Source: Tubulanus polymorphus
Taxonomy: Eukaryota > Animalia > Nemertea
Reading direction: 5' to 3'
Assembly (NCBI RefSeq): GCF_964204645.1
Contig: NC_134025.1
Location: 6,076,001 to 6,140,000 of the forward strand
Length of the DNA stretch: 64,000 nucleotides
Shown here: in pieces, positions 51,744 to 61,366 of the stretch
Layout: every line of letters starts with the position of its first letter
Position numbering within the stretch: the first letter of the stretch is position 1
Notes under the pieces: model-generated
The model's database searches: none
Told to the model about the DNA's origin: nothing
The model's input: only the letters and a program-made list of their open reading frames with translations
Program-made: the position numbers and the translations under genes

Positions 51744-54733
51744 TTAGTCTGTGACATCCACTATAACCGGCATAACATACTCAGAATGACGTATTCCCAT
51801 TGAAAACCTAGGTACCGACGGCTTGTGGGCGTTTACTTTATCTGGGTCATATGCACCCGGTCCAGGGATTTGTGTTTTGTCCCTGGGTAACGTCGGTCGA
51901 CCTTGCATGGAATACTGTCCGGATCGGGTTCTGAATGTGTTCGGTTCTACCGAGCCATATCTCGCAGGACCGGGAGTTTTTGCCAAATCGTACGCAGCGC
52001 TGAACATATCGCTTCTGGGCGCCATAGAAAATCCCGGTGCTCCTCGTATATGTGGAATTTTTGGACCCAGTGTAGCCGGTATGTGATAAGAATTGGGGGC
52101 GGGTATTTTGTCGCATCGGCGTAGTCTCGTTCGTTTGCCTATTGAGAACGACGGGGCTGAGACCCCGCGGTCAATTCGTACGTTTTCCGGATTGTAAGCT
52201 CCTGGAGCTGGTGTGAAAAATGATTCCGCGAGTCTTCCCTCTAAAAAATAAGAAATATACATTTATCGTCAACGGATACCGTGTTTAGTTAATTCTTAAG
52301 TTAAGTAAATAGTTCTACTACAATGTTCTAAAATTGGAACTGGAATTAGGTATGGTTAACTTACTTGGATCTCTATGGCGACCGAGAATTGAAAACTTCG
52401 GGGTTCCATCTTTACCGAATCTCGTCAAAGCAGGATCAACAGCATAACCTGGTCCTGGAATCGTATCACGGGGTCCTACAAGAAAGAAAGATCGTTAACA
52501 CTGGTTATGAGGAACGAAGTGAGAGTTTCATCAGTCGCGTGAACAGATCTAATCAAAACATTTCCCGTTAATGCATCGGAACCTTTTCAGACGTAATAGA
52601 GTGAAGGGTCCTCGAAACAATTCAAACGATGCTGACGACCATTCGGTGCATAACAATTTTATCAACTGGCAATAGTGACGCTAATCGCAGCCATCTTGAT
52701 CATCCGATAGCAATCAAAAGCACAAAAAAGGGAATCAAACACGTTTTATACCCGGTATTTTAGAGTTGCGTCACCATCGCTACACCTCCAATAACATCGC
52801 TCTCTCGGGATCATAAACCTTCGAGAACTTAGCTTCAATTACAATCATCTAAAAACGTACTTCAAAACGTCATACCTGGACATTTGGAGCCGAATGAATA
52901 AGCAGGATCTCTGCGCTTGCTGACATCATGTTCTCTGTGCCCTAACGTCGGTGGCAGTTTATACCTCCCCGGACCTGGACCTGAAATCATGATGACAAAT
53001 GTCAATACAATACAGTAATACATGAAATGGTTAAAGCCATCAAAAATTCATAAAGACTAGTCTTTACGAATTTTTGATAAAACCCAGGTATTTCTATCGT
53101 AGCCTCTTTCGATCGTTTTGATCTGATAGGAGAACTCATTATCTATACACAATACATTGCTCCACAATTGCTGCGACAATAATTGATCTCTCTACGATAA
53201 TAGAATTGTCATCAACAGACCTTACTATTATTATACCACACATCCACGCCTATCCTATCGGCGAAGCTGACACTGATAATAAAGATATAACATATTATAC
53301 ATCTATTGAATAATAAATATAAGGTCGATGATTTGCAGTGTTCGTCGAAAGTAAGGCAACAATAAAATATTTTATTGATAGAAATATACGTAACATCGTC
53401 ATGGTCCCTGTTGGTTAATAAGTATGGGAGCCTTATTAATTATTCTCGCGAACTTTGAGTCACACCTCATAGGCATAAATACGACATCCACGGCATCGTA
53501 TGGAGTATATAGATTCCAATATATTGAAACAAAAATGTATCGTATTCAAGGAATGAGCAAAAATATATTTAGTTATGAAGATCAACGATATATCTAAAAT
53601 TATCTAATTCAATTCAAACGCATTGGGTTTTCATTATTCTTGGCTCTAGTTTCACGAGACAAAATTACGTAAATAGTCGATAATGAACTGAACAATCTAA
53701 ACTTATGAAACAAGGCCCAGGTTCTCGAGGGAAGCAGGGAAACATACGCTCAATTTACGCCAGAATGTCGAGGGTTTAAGCAGCGTACAGGTAATGCGCC
53801 TGACATCACGCATCACGTAAGGCGTCAAGCGCAAGCTACAGACTGAGGTAACCAGAAAACTGACTTGAAAGTTTATTGACGCCATGGAAAATAACACACA
53901 TATTCTGTGTTTTGTCGACAATAAATTATATTGTAATACAAATTATATTACATTGAACAAAACAGCCGCGATATATTGATGACGTACGTGAATAAGGGCC
54001 TACCTAATTAGTCGCATAGTGTGCAATTCTTGTGCGGAACTATTCCGATATCAATTTTAGATGAAGTACAGGCTTGTGGTAGGAGCATTAATTAACTGAA
54101 CCATGTAGATGAAATGCACCAAGCCAAGTTATACACATGCACATACAATTTTTAAATTTTCAACTCATTGGTGACTAATGTTTGATGTCTGTGATCATTT
54201 ATATGCATATACAGTACACATGTGTATATATTAAATGATACAAATTTTCAGTTCTCAAGAGTAGCCTTATTAATGAACATTTGCAAATTGAAAATTTTCT
54301 TTTACTCAGTAGCATTTTCATTTTTAACAATAGATAGAAAATAGGTCTAGTCCCAGGATAACATAAATCTTAAAGAATAAGCAAATTACGTAAATCGACG
54401 TATTTGTGACGTAAGTGCACAATAAATTTTCCTCAGCCTCAACTTCATTCTATGTGAGTGCAGTACATTATAATTAGCGATTTCTTTCTGAAGTGTTTCA
54501 GTACGTAGAATTCTCGTAAAAAATGATGAAATTTCGAATGATTTTTATTTTTAAAGTTCATGCACGATGAACACATCTAAAACTTGAATTTCATTATGAT
54601 TTTTCTCTTCAGAGTGATAATGAAATTACCAAGCAGTATCGATAGAATTATTAAACATCTCGTTTTTAATTATTTTCTCACCTCTTTCCATGGCTTCTAC
54701 CATCGGTCGATTATTTTCTCTATCTTCTGGCAT
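51744..54733 (-). CDS. ODF3: ODF3/SHIPPO1-family ciliary microtubule-associated protein (CIMAP1-like), 4 exons: 54733-54682, 52980-52876, 52475-52365, 52240-51744, 254 aa
   Basis: Repeated PGP/PAP-x-x-Y (SHIPPO) units: GPGPGRY, IPGPGY, TPAPGAY, IPAPNSY, TPGPARY, IPGPGAY, ending FSMGIRHSEY. Three phase-1 GT-AG introns join in frame to 765 nt, starting MPEDRENNRPMVEAMERGPGPGRYKLPPTLG. Confidence 0.9.
53039..53078. repeat. 40-bp near-perfect palindrome in ODF3 intron 1
   Basis: ATCAAAAATTCATAAAGACT / AGTCTTTACGAATTTTTGAT: 20-bp arms, no spacer, one mismatch. Confidence 0.85.
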
Positions 54734-54871
54734 TTTCAAATGGACAGTTTAACGCCGCAAATATATAATATTGTAGTTCAGTCCTTCGGTCTGGATTGCT
54801 CCCGTCTTCGATGTTGTATGGCAGCCAGAACTTCTCACGTGTACCTTTTAGCCAACTTGTCCCGCGGGAAC

Positions 54872-54983
54872 GTTGCTAAGGTGGGAATGCGGTATAACGG
54901 GACGCGAGATGTTAACTCATCAATATTTAGAGTAAATACATGCACAACATTCCGTCACTTTTAGCAACAGAAAACAATAAACA
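54872..54983 (-). promoter_or_regulatory. RFX X-box and forkhead sites upstream of ODF3
   Basis: GTTGCTAAGG 54872-54881, GTCACTTTTAGCAAC 54954-54968, GTAAATA 54932-54938 and ATAAACA 54977-54983, 140-250 bp upstream of the ATG of a ciliary gene. Confidence 0.45.
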
Positions 54984-55757
54984 GATAGCCGTAGCCACGA
55001 GTTGCGCGTCACTGGCTGTCTATCACAAGTTCGTTGTGAGATATACGCGTTGTATTAGGTATTTGCAGCACTTCAGACACAGCGAGAAGTGGCGTGAAAA
55101 ACTACCAACGATGACAATGAGTGTACTTTTTATCGGTAATAAATTAACCGCAATGTAGTGTAGTCATAGTATAGTTACATAGAGATGCATGATAATAGCG
55201 GTTTTATGATGATGATGAATTTTGCTTTCAAATTTGATTTGTTTCAATGTGTTTAGAACCGTGACGTTGTACGTAAAAGACTAAGAAAATCATCACGCGA
55301 TCCTTTCTGAATATTAAACCATGTAAACAAAATTCGCCTATATCTCGCTTTTCTACTAAGTTAAAACGCCGCGGCCCGATAAAATCGGAGGGTATAAAGA
55401 GCTACATATTACATAAAGGGAGGTTGGTTCCGTGGCTTATACACACAAAAAAATCCAAATCAGATCCGATTAATGCAAAAAAGGGGATCGGCGAAACTGT
55501 GGCTTATACAAATAAATCGGCTATTAAGACCAGCAGATGGCGTCAGCGTCGTCGTACACAATGTTGTCGCTAACAAAAATCTCAACACACGAACATTCAC
55601 ACAACTATTTCCAAATATTGTAATACGTTAAGAGCAACCTTTGTTACCAAAAGGAGATAACGTGACGTAATTCTAAAATTTTCGACAGCTTCTTGCTCAT
55701 ATTTAACGTACGTATATTCGATAAATCTTGATAAGTATCGCGCTTCTCGCATAACAT

Positions 55758-56897
55758 TTATTTTGCCACAGACTCGTCGTTCGTTGCACCTACACCATTA
55801 GTAGCGTCATTTTTGCTACTTTCCCCAGCGCGGTTTTCATCGGCGTTTTTCTTTTTTGCGTCGTTTTCTGCTTGAGTTTCTAAACGTTTACTTAAAGTCT
55901 CTAAAAACGCCATACGCAACGCCGGACGCAAGCGGTACGAAACAGGACGCCGAGGTGACCTCTTACGGGGAACGTGCTGCCTACTGAGATAATCATCAGA
56001 CGCCAAGCACGCCCTGAAACAGCCTTGACAACGCTGTCTCTCACATTCCTCGTTATAAAACAACGGTTTTAACCCTTGATACTGTGGTTTTTCTTCGATT
56101 TTAGTTTTAGTTTTTGGACTGTCGGATTGTCCGTTAATTTTCTCGTCATCATTCGGTTCTGGCTTTCGGTTGTTGCTGTGTTTGTCTACCTTAGTTCGCG
56201 TATCGAAGGCTTCTTTCATCGCGTCGAATGACCGAAAACTGACCGTTTCGTTATCGAGAATTGTCACCGTTCGTTTCAGCTCAGTGACGCCTACCGATTT
56301 ATCATTGCGATTGCGCAGCTGTGGCGTGTCGGGTTTAATCGTTTGTTTACGAGATGCGAGCAGATGTGTAATACTAATATCGGGTAGATCCCGCTTCCCG
56401 TACTGCGTAGGCGCCGTAACCGGTCGTTTCCTCTGTCTCCAGTCACTAATGCAACTATACGTGCGCTTATGTTCGGGCTTATACGGTTTACCTGCCGTTC
56501 TATTATTATTGATAAGCAACGTTTTCACCTCGTTGTCTTTCTTACACTTATCGTTGTTATCATTTTCACTTTTCTCCGCTTCATCCGAATCTTGACCTAA
56601 TTTTTGGCCTTTGAGTATTTCGTTTGGACCGAGAACCTGTCTGTCGAGTTCGTAATGGCGCCGCCCGAGGACGCTGCCGGCACTCTGCGCCCTCTCGCGA
56701 AGACTCGAACGTACATCTTCGTGTAATTTTGGTCCGATGCAATATTCCCGTTTAGAAGAAAATCCGATCGGTGATAACCACGTATTTGCCGATATTCCCC
56801 GATAGATCATACGCAGCTTGCCGATTCCGCCATCCGGGTCGGGAATTTCTTTATCCACTCTTAACTCCTGAAATGGTTTATCGATCTCGGATTTCAT
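55758..56897 (-). CDS. Uncharacterised hydrophilic, Lys/Arg-rich protein (379-codon ORF; probably a terminal exon)
   Basis: A 1140-nt uninterrupted ORF in AT-rich DNA with a CAG immediately before the ATG. A possible small upstream exon 57214-57170 (MEITRDNHFFLMKVL|GTAAGA) joins in phase 0. No family recognised. Confidence 0.65.
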   Translation of the reverse strand: MKSEIDKPFQELRVDKEIPDPDGGIGKLRMIYRGISANTWLSPIGFSSKREYCIGPKLHEDVRSSLRERAQSAGSVLGRRHYELDRQVLGPNEILKGQKLGQDSDEAEKSENDNNDKCKKDNEVKTLLINNNRTAGKPYKPEHKRTYSCISDWRQRKRPVTAPTQYGKRDLPDISITHLLASRKQTIKPDTPQLRNRNDKSVGVTELKRTVTILDNETVSFRSFDAMKEAFDTRTKVDKHSNNRKPEPNDDEKINGQSDSPKTKTKIEEKPQYQGLKPLFYNEECERQRCQGCFRACLASDDYLSRQHVPRKRSPRRPVSYRLRPALRMAFLETLSKRLETQAENDAKKKNADENRAGESSKNDATNGVGATNDESVAK

Positions 56898-58149
56898 CTG
56901 CGAATAGTACGTGTATGATATAAGATCGTAAGATCATAAACACCAACTTAATCAATCCTTAACTTCGGAATGATGATTAACTGCACTTGTATCTATCCTT
57001 TACATAGAAAAAAAACCGGAAATAGTAAAATGTATAATCCTTGACATACACCCTTCTATTTGAATAATCTTCCTTGAATCAATCAGTATCTCCAACTTTT
57101 CTTTTGCTACGATCTCAATACATTTAACGTATTTATAAAAATTTACAATTAATCGTACATACTTCTTACGAGGACTTTCATCAGAAAAAAATGATTATCA
57201 CGCGTAATTTCCATATTTCGCCGATGATGATTTCCAATTTCTGTCTGGAAAAGAATGTTCCGTATCCGTCCGTATCCCGAAAAACGTAGAGATATTGCGG
57301 CGATGCATCTTTTTGTCAGGCCGGTCAGCCTTAACTACGCAACTTTCCAGACAGAAATCACCGACGCAATGTATTATTAATCTATAATTCGATGCTGTGA
57401 TTGAGTGATTTAGAGGATTTGACGTATGCGTGGATACGGTCGCCAGGAAATTGTCGCTACCCGATGATTCGAAATGCCTTTAGCTAATAACAACAGATTT
57501 ATTTTATCAGCGACCGATTTTCTATGAATCAACGCCTAAATGGACTGATTGATATGGTTATGAGCGCCGCAGCAATCACGTCCGCAAGTAGAAAGCTTCA
57601 TTAGCGCGCCCTAGTTGGTTATTGCGTGGAAGTCCACGGCTCCAGCCAGTATTACAGCATCTATGCCATTATTAACTTTCGTTGTACCGAATGTTAGTAT
57701 CCATTCAAAGCATCTACGAAATCATAGAGAAATCCTAGGTCAGGTCAGCAATAATGTACAAAGGCAGAAGATATTAATTGCATTTATTAACTAACACATT
57801 ATTAGTTTGTACAATCACGCAGAACTATCCTAACAACATAACATAACAATGTCGATTCATATAAACTCAATAGACAAGTTTACATTTTATTTTTCATCTC
57901 AAATTGTATATTGATATTACATATATTATTCCTAACAGCTTAACAATAAATTCATCAATGTATATAATATTCAAGGACGGCACAAGACAAAAATAATAAG
58001 ACACAATTGAAATGCACAATATCATTTGATTCTATACTTAAAATTCATCTATCAATTTACAGTCGTTTCTTTTTCTAGTTTCAGTTTTTCGAATTCGCTG
58101 TCGCTTTTTCCTTATTAATACCAAAGGAAAAACGTCAGCCAAGAGACTT

Positions 58150-58233
58150 TTACACCACCAGGAATCGAACCCATTAAATTCTGGATTAACGAGACCAGCG
58201 ACTGGTGTTTTAAACCAAACGGCCACTACGTCA
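58150..58233 (-). mobile_element. tRNA-derived SINE head or tRNA pseudogene, just 3' of the MFS stop codon
   Basis: Minus strand GACGTAGTGGCCGTTTGGTTTAA (A-box-like) ... TAATCCA ... TGGGTTCGATTCC (B-box). No intact acceptor or anticodon stem. Confidence 0.5.
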
Positions 58234-58238
58234 CTTTT

Positions 58239-59573
58239 TTAGTTCATTGGTTGATAGATGGCTTTTGATTTCTGGTTGTTTTCTTCCACTGACCGTAACG
58301 TCATGGACAACAAAGCGACAACGATTAATGTAATAGATATATAGAAATACATATTGGCAATTGAACAACATTGAAAATTCACGAAAACAGCACTGAAAAC
58401 AAACCCTAAAAAGGCGCCTAAAACACAAGCAGCTTGGTAGAGAGAAAACAAAGCGCTTCTATCGTGCTGTTTCATATCAGCAATATGCCAAGCGACTATC
58501 GGGAAAATGACGATGAATATACCTAAAGAAATGCGCATTAACATTTCGGAAAGTATGAATGACCATTTTGCCCTGCTATAACAGAACACCATAAAAGCGA
58601 CACCTTGGCCGACTAAAGCGACAAATACCAATACCCAATTTTTGAATTTTGTGGCAATATATACGGTGGCCAAAGACGATAAAACTTGCCAGATTGCTCC
58701 TAGCAAGGTGAAATATCCAAATACTTTCAGCGAAAATCCTAGATCAGTTTGTAAATACAGCGGTAGCGTAGCGAAGTAGTAACAAATGCCGAAGTTACCG
58801 AATACAGTCAAGATTATGAATCCCAAATAATGCAGATCTACGATGACTTTCTTGTAAAACATAAATGTTTCTTTGATAGAGATTGTAGTATTGGCTGTTT
58901 CAGCTCGTTCGTCCCCGGCATACAGCAGACCGAATATTGACGCCAGTATTAAGAATGCATTTACGACGAATAGTGCCGAGATCTGCGTTTTGTAGTAACT
59001 GTACAGAAGTGAACTTATAGGCGCCCCTAAAACCAGGCCCACACTTTTGCCGAGAACGGACACACCGATGAGAACTGAAAGGTTCCCGTTATCGTTAGAC
59101 ACCGTTCCGGACACGATGACCAAAGATACGATAACAGCGACTGCAGTTCCGACTCCTATAACTGTCGAAGATACAACGACGACGACATATTGCGAAACAA
59201 ATGCCAAAACGATCGCTCCGACGACTGCCATTAAATTCGAGGCAAATAAAGCGAATTTACGATTTGCCTGAGCGTTGATGATCACTCCGATTATTGTCGA
59301 AATCATGAATTTAACTACTAAGGCTACCGCTAGTGCCCATCCATTGGCGATTTCCAGCTGACCGACGTCCTTTTTACACTTATCCACGTAGGTTCCGTTT
59401 ACGTCACACGTTAAATTCATTTTGGCATTTGCGGCCAATATAGATGGCTGAATCGTAGTTATTACAGTCTGAAAAAAGCCATCGTTAAAATTGGCGAGAA
59501 ATCCCAATATACAGAGACAAGTGTTCGAATTGCGAAAGGTCTGCAGCATTTTTCTGTATCCCGAATCAGCCAT
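58239..59573 (-). CDS. Intronless MFS transporter, divergent SLC18 (vesicular amine transporter)-like, 444 aa
   Basis: About 12 hydrophobic helices in two halves. TM1 NDGFFQTVITTIQP resembles SLC18A LDNMLLTVVVPIIP, followed by a luminal loop with N-glycosylation sequons (NLT, NGT). TM5 GLVLGAPISSLLY resembles the SLC18/DHA motif C. Confidence 0.85.
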   Translation of the reverse strand: MADSGYRKMLQTFRNSNTCLCILGFLANFNDGFFQTVITTIQPSILAANAKMNLTCDVNGTYVDKCKKDVGQLEIANGWALAVALVVKFMISTIIGVIINAQANRKFALFASNLMAVVGAIVLAFVSQYVVVVVSSTVIGVGTAVAVIVSLVIVSGTVSNDNGNLSVLIGVSVLGKSVGLVLGAPISSLLYSYYKTQISALFVVNAFLILASIFGLLYAGDERAETANTTISIKETFMFYKKVIVDLHYLGFIILTVFGNFGICYYFATLPLYLQTDLGFSLKVFGYFTLLGAIWQVLSSLATVYIATKFKNWVLVFVALVGQGVAFMVFCYSRAKWSFILSEMLMRISLGIFIVIFPIVAWHIADMKQHDRSALFSLYQAACVLGAFLGFVFSAVFVNFQCCSIANMYFYISITLIVVALLSMTLRSVEENNQKSKAIYQPMN

Positions 59574-61366
59574 CGTCGAAGAGTATGTTCATTAATAACA
59601 AAACAAAAAACGTGTAAACAAATTCCGGTTTTTCAAGTTGAAAATCCCTTGATCGTCCAGGTTACCAGCGACATGTTATATTTGACTAATCCATTCGATC
59701 CGAACAAGTCTGTTTTCGCCCGAGTAGCGTTATTATCTAACAGCGATCCTATGTTCCGCGTCATGGCAGATCGTATAGTCTCCAGTGAAAGAAAAACCTA
59801 CGATTATGAAGAAAACAGGAGCAGGACACGTTTGACGTTTTGACCCATTCATATGAGCTATTCTTTAAACTGATTTGCCATGTCCAGTTGTTGTCTGGTC
59901 AAAATACACTTAAATAATCATGAATGTGAGACTATCATCAAACGATTCTTTTCTAGTAATCGGACGAAATTCGAATGACAGATTATTGTCAATAGTGCCA
60001 GATGTTTTTTCAATTAGGAAAAATAGAATACATACATCGTGCACATACAATGTTCATATCCAATTGTCCAAATGTAAATGCGTATGTATCAGCTTTCATA
60101 ATTTTCATGTTCCGGCAGTCGAAACCATCTGTGCACTTAATACCACACTTAACGGTTATGTCAACGGCGGTGCTTTTAAAGCGATTGCCGATGAATTTGA
60201 TCACCCCGATGCCGGGATGAATTCAGGCCGTCGGAGCACTCGATCATGTATTTCTCGTTTAATAACCAGAAGCAGATGACGTACGATGACGGCGCGGCAA
60301 TTTGGCGAAATATTCCTTCTTCTTTGATGGTGGCGCGAATGATTCGCTCGAGAATTTCCAATTAAAATGCGCTTCTTCGTCGTTCAGTTAAACGATCGTA
60401 AATCAGTTTGTTTATTGAATAAATCACGTATCAATAAAGAAGGTGTTCGTTGTGAAGCTAGTGAGGATTCAATATACACTCAGTACGTACACGTGTACAT
60501 CATGCAGGCTTCATTTTTATACATTTCAGGTGTTTTACGTAGCATAAAACGATACATACAAACTAGCGCGAGAACGTTATCAGAATAGGCATAAAGCAAT
60601 TTGTTCGCATTTGATATTGATCATAGACACACCACCATGTGGGGAGTAGTTAGAAACAGTTTAATGCACCGAACAGGTTCGCTTTGGTTTAGCTCGTGCG
60701 TTTAGAAGTTCATTAGGTTTTTCTCTGCAGTTGAATCGAATAATGTTAAACTCCTTGAAAATGAGTGTAAAAAACTATTTCTAAGCAGATGTTTTTTTCG
60801 CGAATCCCAATATTGATTCTTAGTAAGCAACGTGACATAAACATAGTGGTGTAATACGATTAGATTCATTCTATCTCAAATTAAGGGACTGATTCGTAGA
60901 AACGTGTATTCATTTCGATTTCATTCAGTTATGATCGATGCTCAGCTATAAAACGTATGAAATACTAACTCAGCAGTGATATACATGAATATGGGGCATC
61001 ATGTTTTGCCAATAAAATGTCACTTGAACCATGAATTTTACCAATGTAAGCTAGTTTTTTAGGTTGTGTCAGGAAAATACTAGTTAAAACGATGTATGAT
61101 ATTATAGACTTTACTCTTAAATACCAATAAGAGGTAACACGAAATGTAAATATAAACTAGCTGTAGACTGCACATATATCGACATATTTATCTAATCGAT
61201 CAAAACAAAACTGGTTTCAATTAGAATCGGGTTTTTATACGGGTCACATAATCAACAAACTTTACAGGTTGGTGATTGGTCAAAGTGGACTCCTATAAAC
61301 TCCGACACTAACTGAAATATCATTCTCGGATCTCGAAACATACAAGAGCGCAACTGAAGTAAAATC

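Noticed and set aside
53000-53139. ATG-initiated frame MSSPIRSKRS... as ODF3 exon 1
   Set aside because: The available donor is phase 0 but exon 2 needs phase 1. The 54733-54682 exon fits both phase and family sequence.
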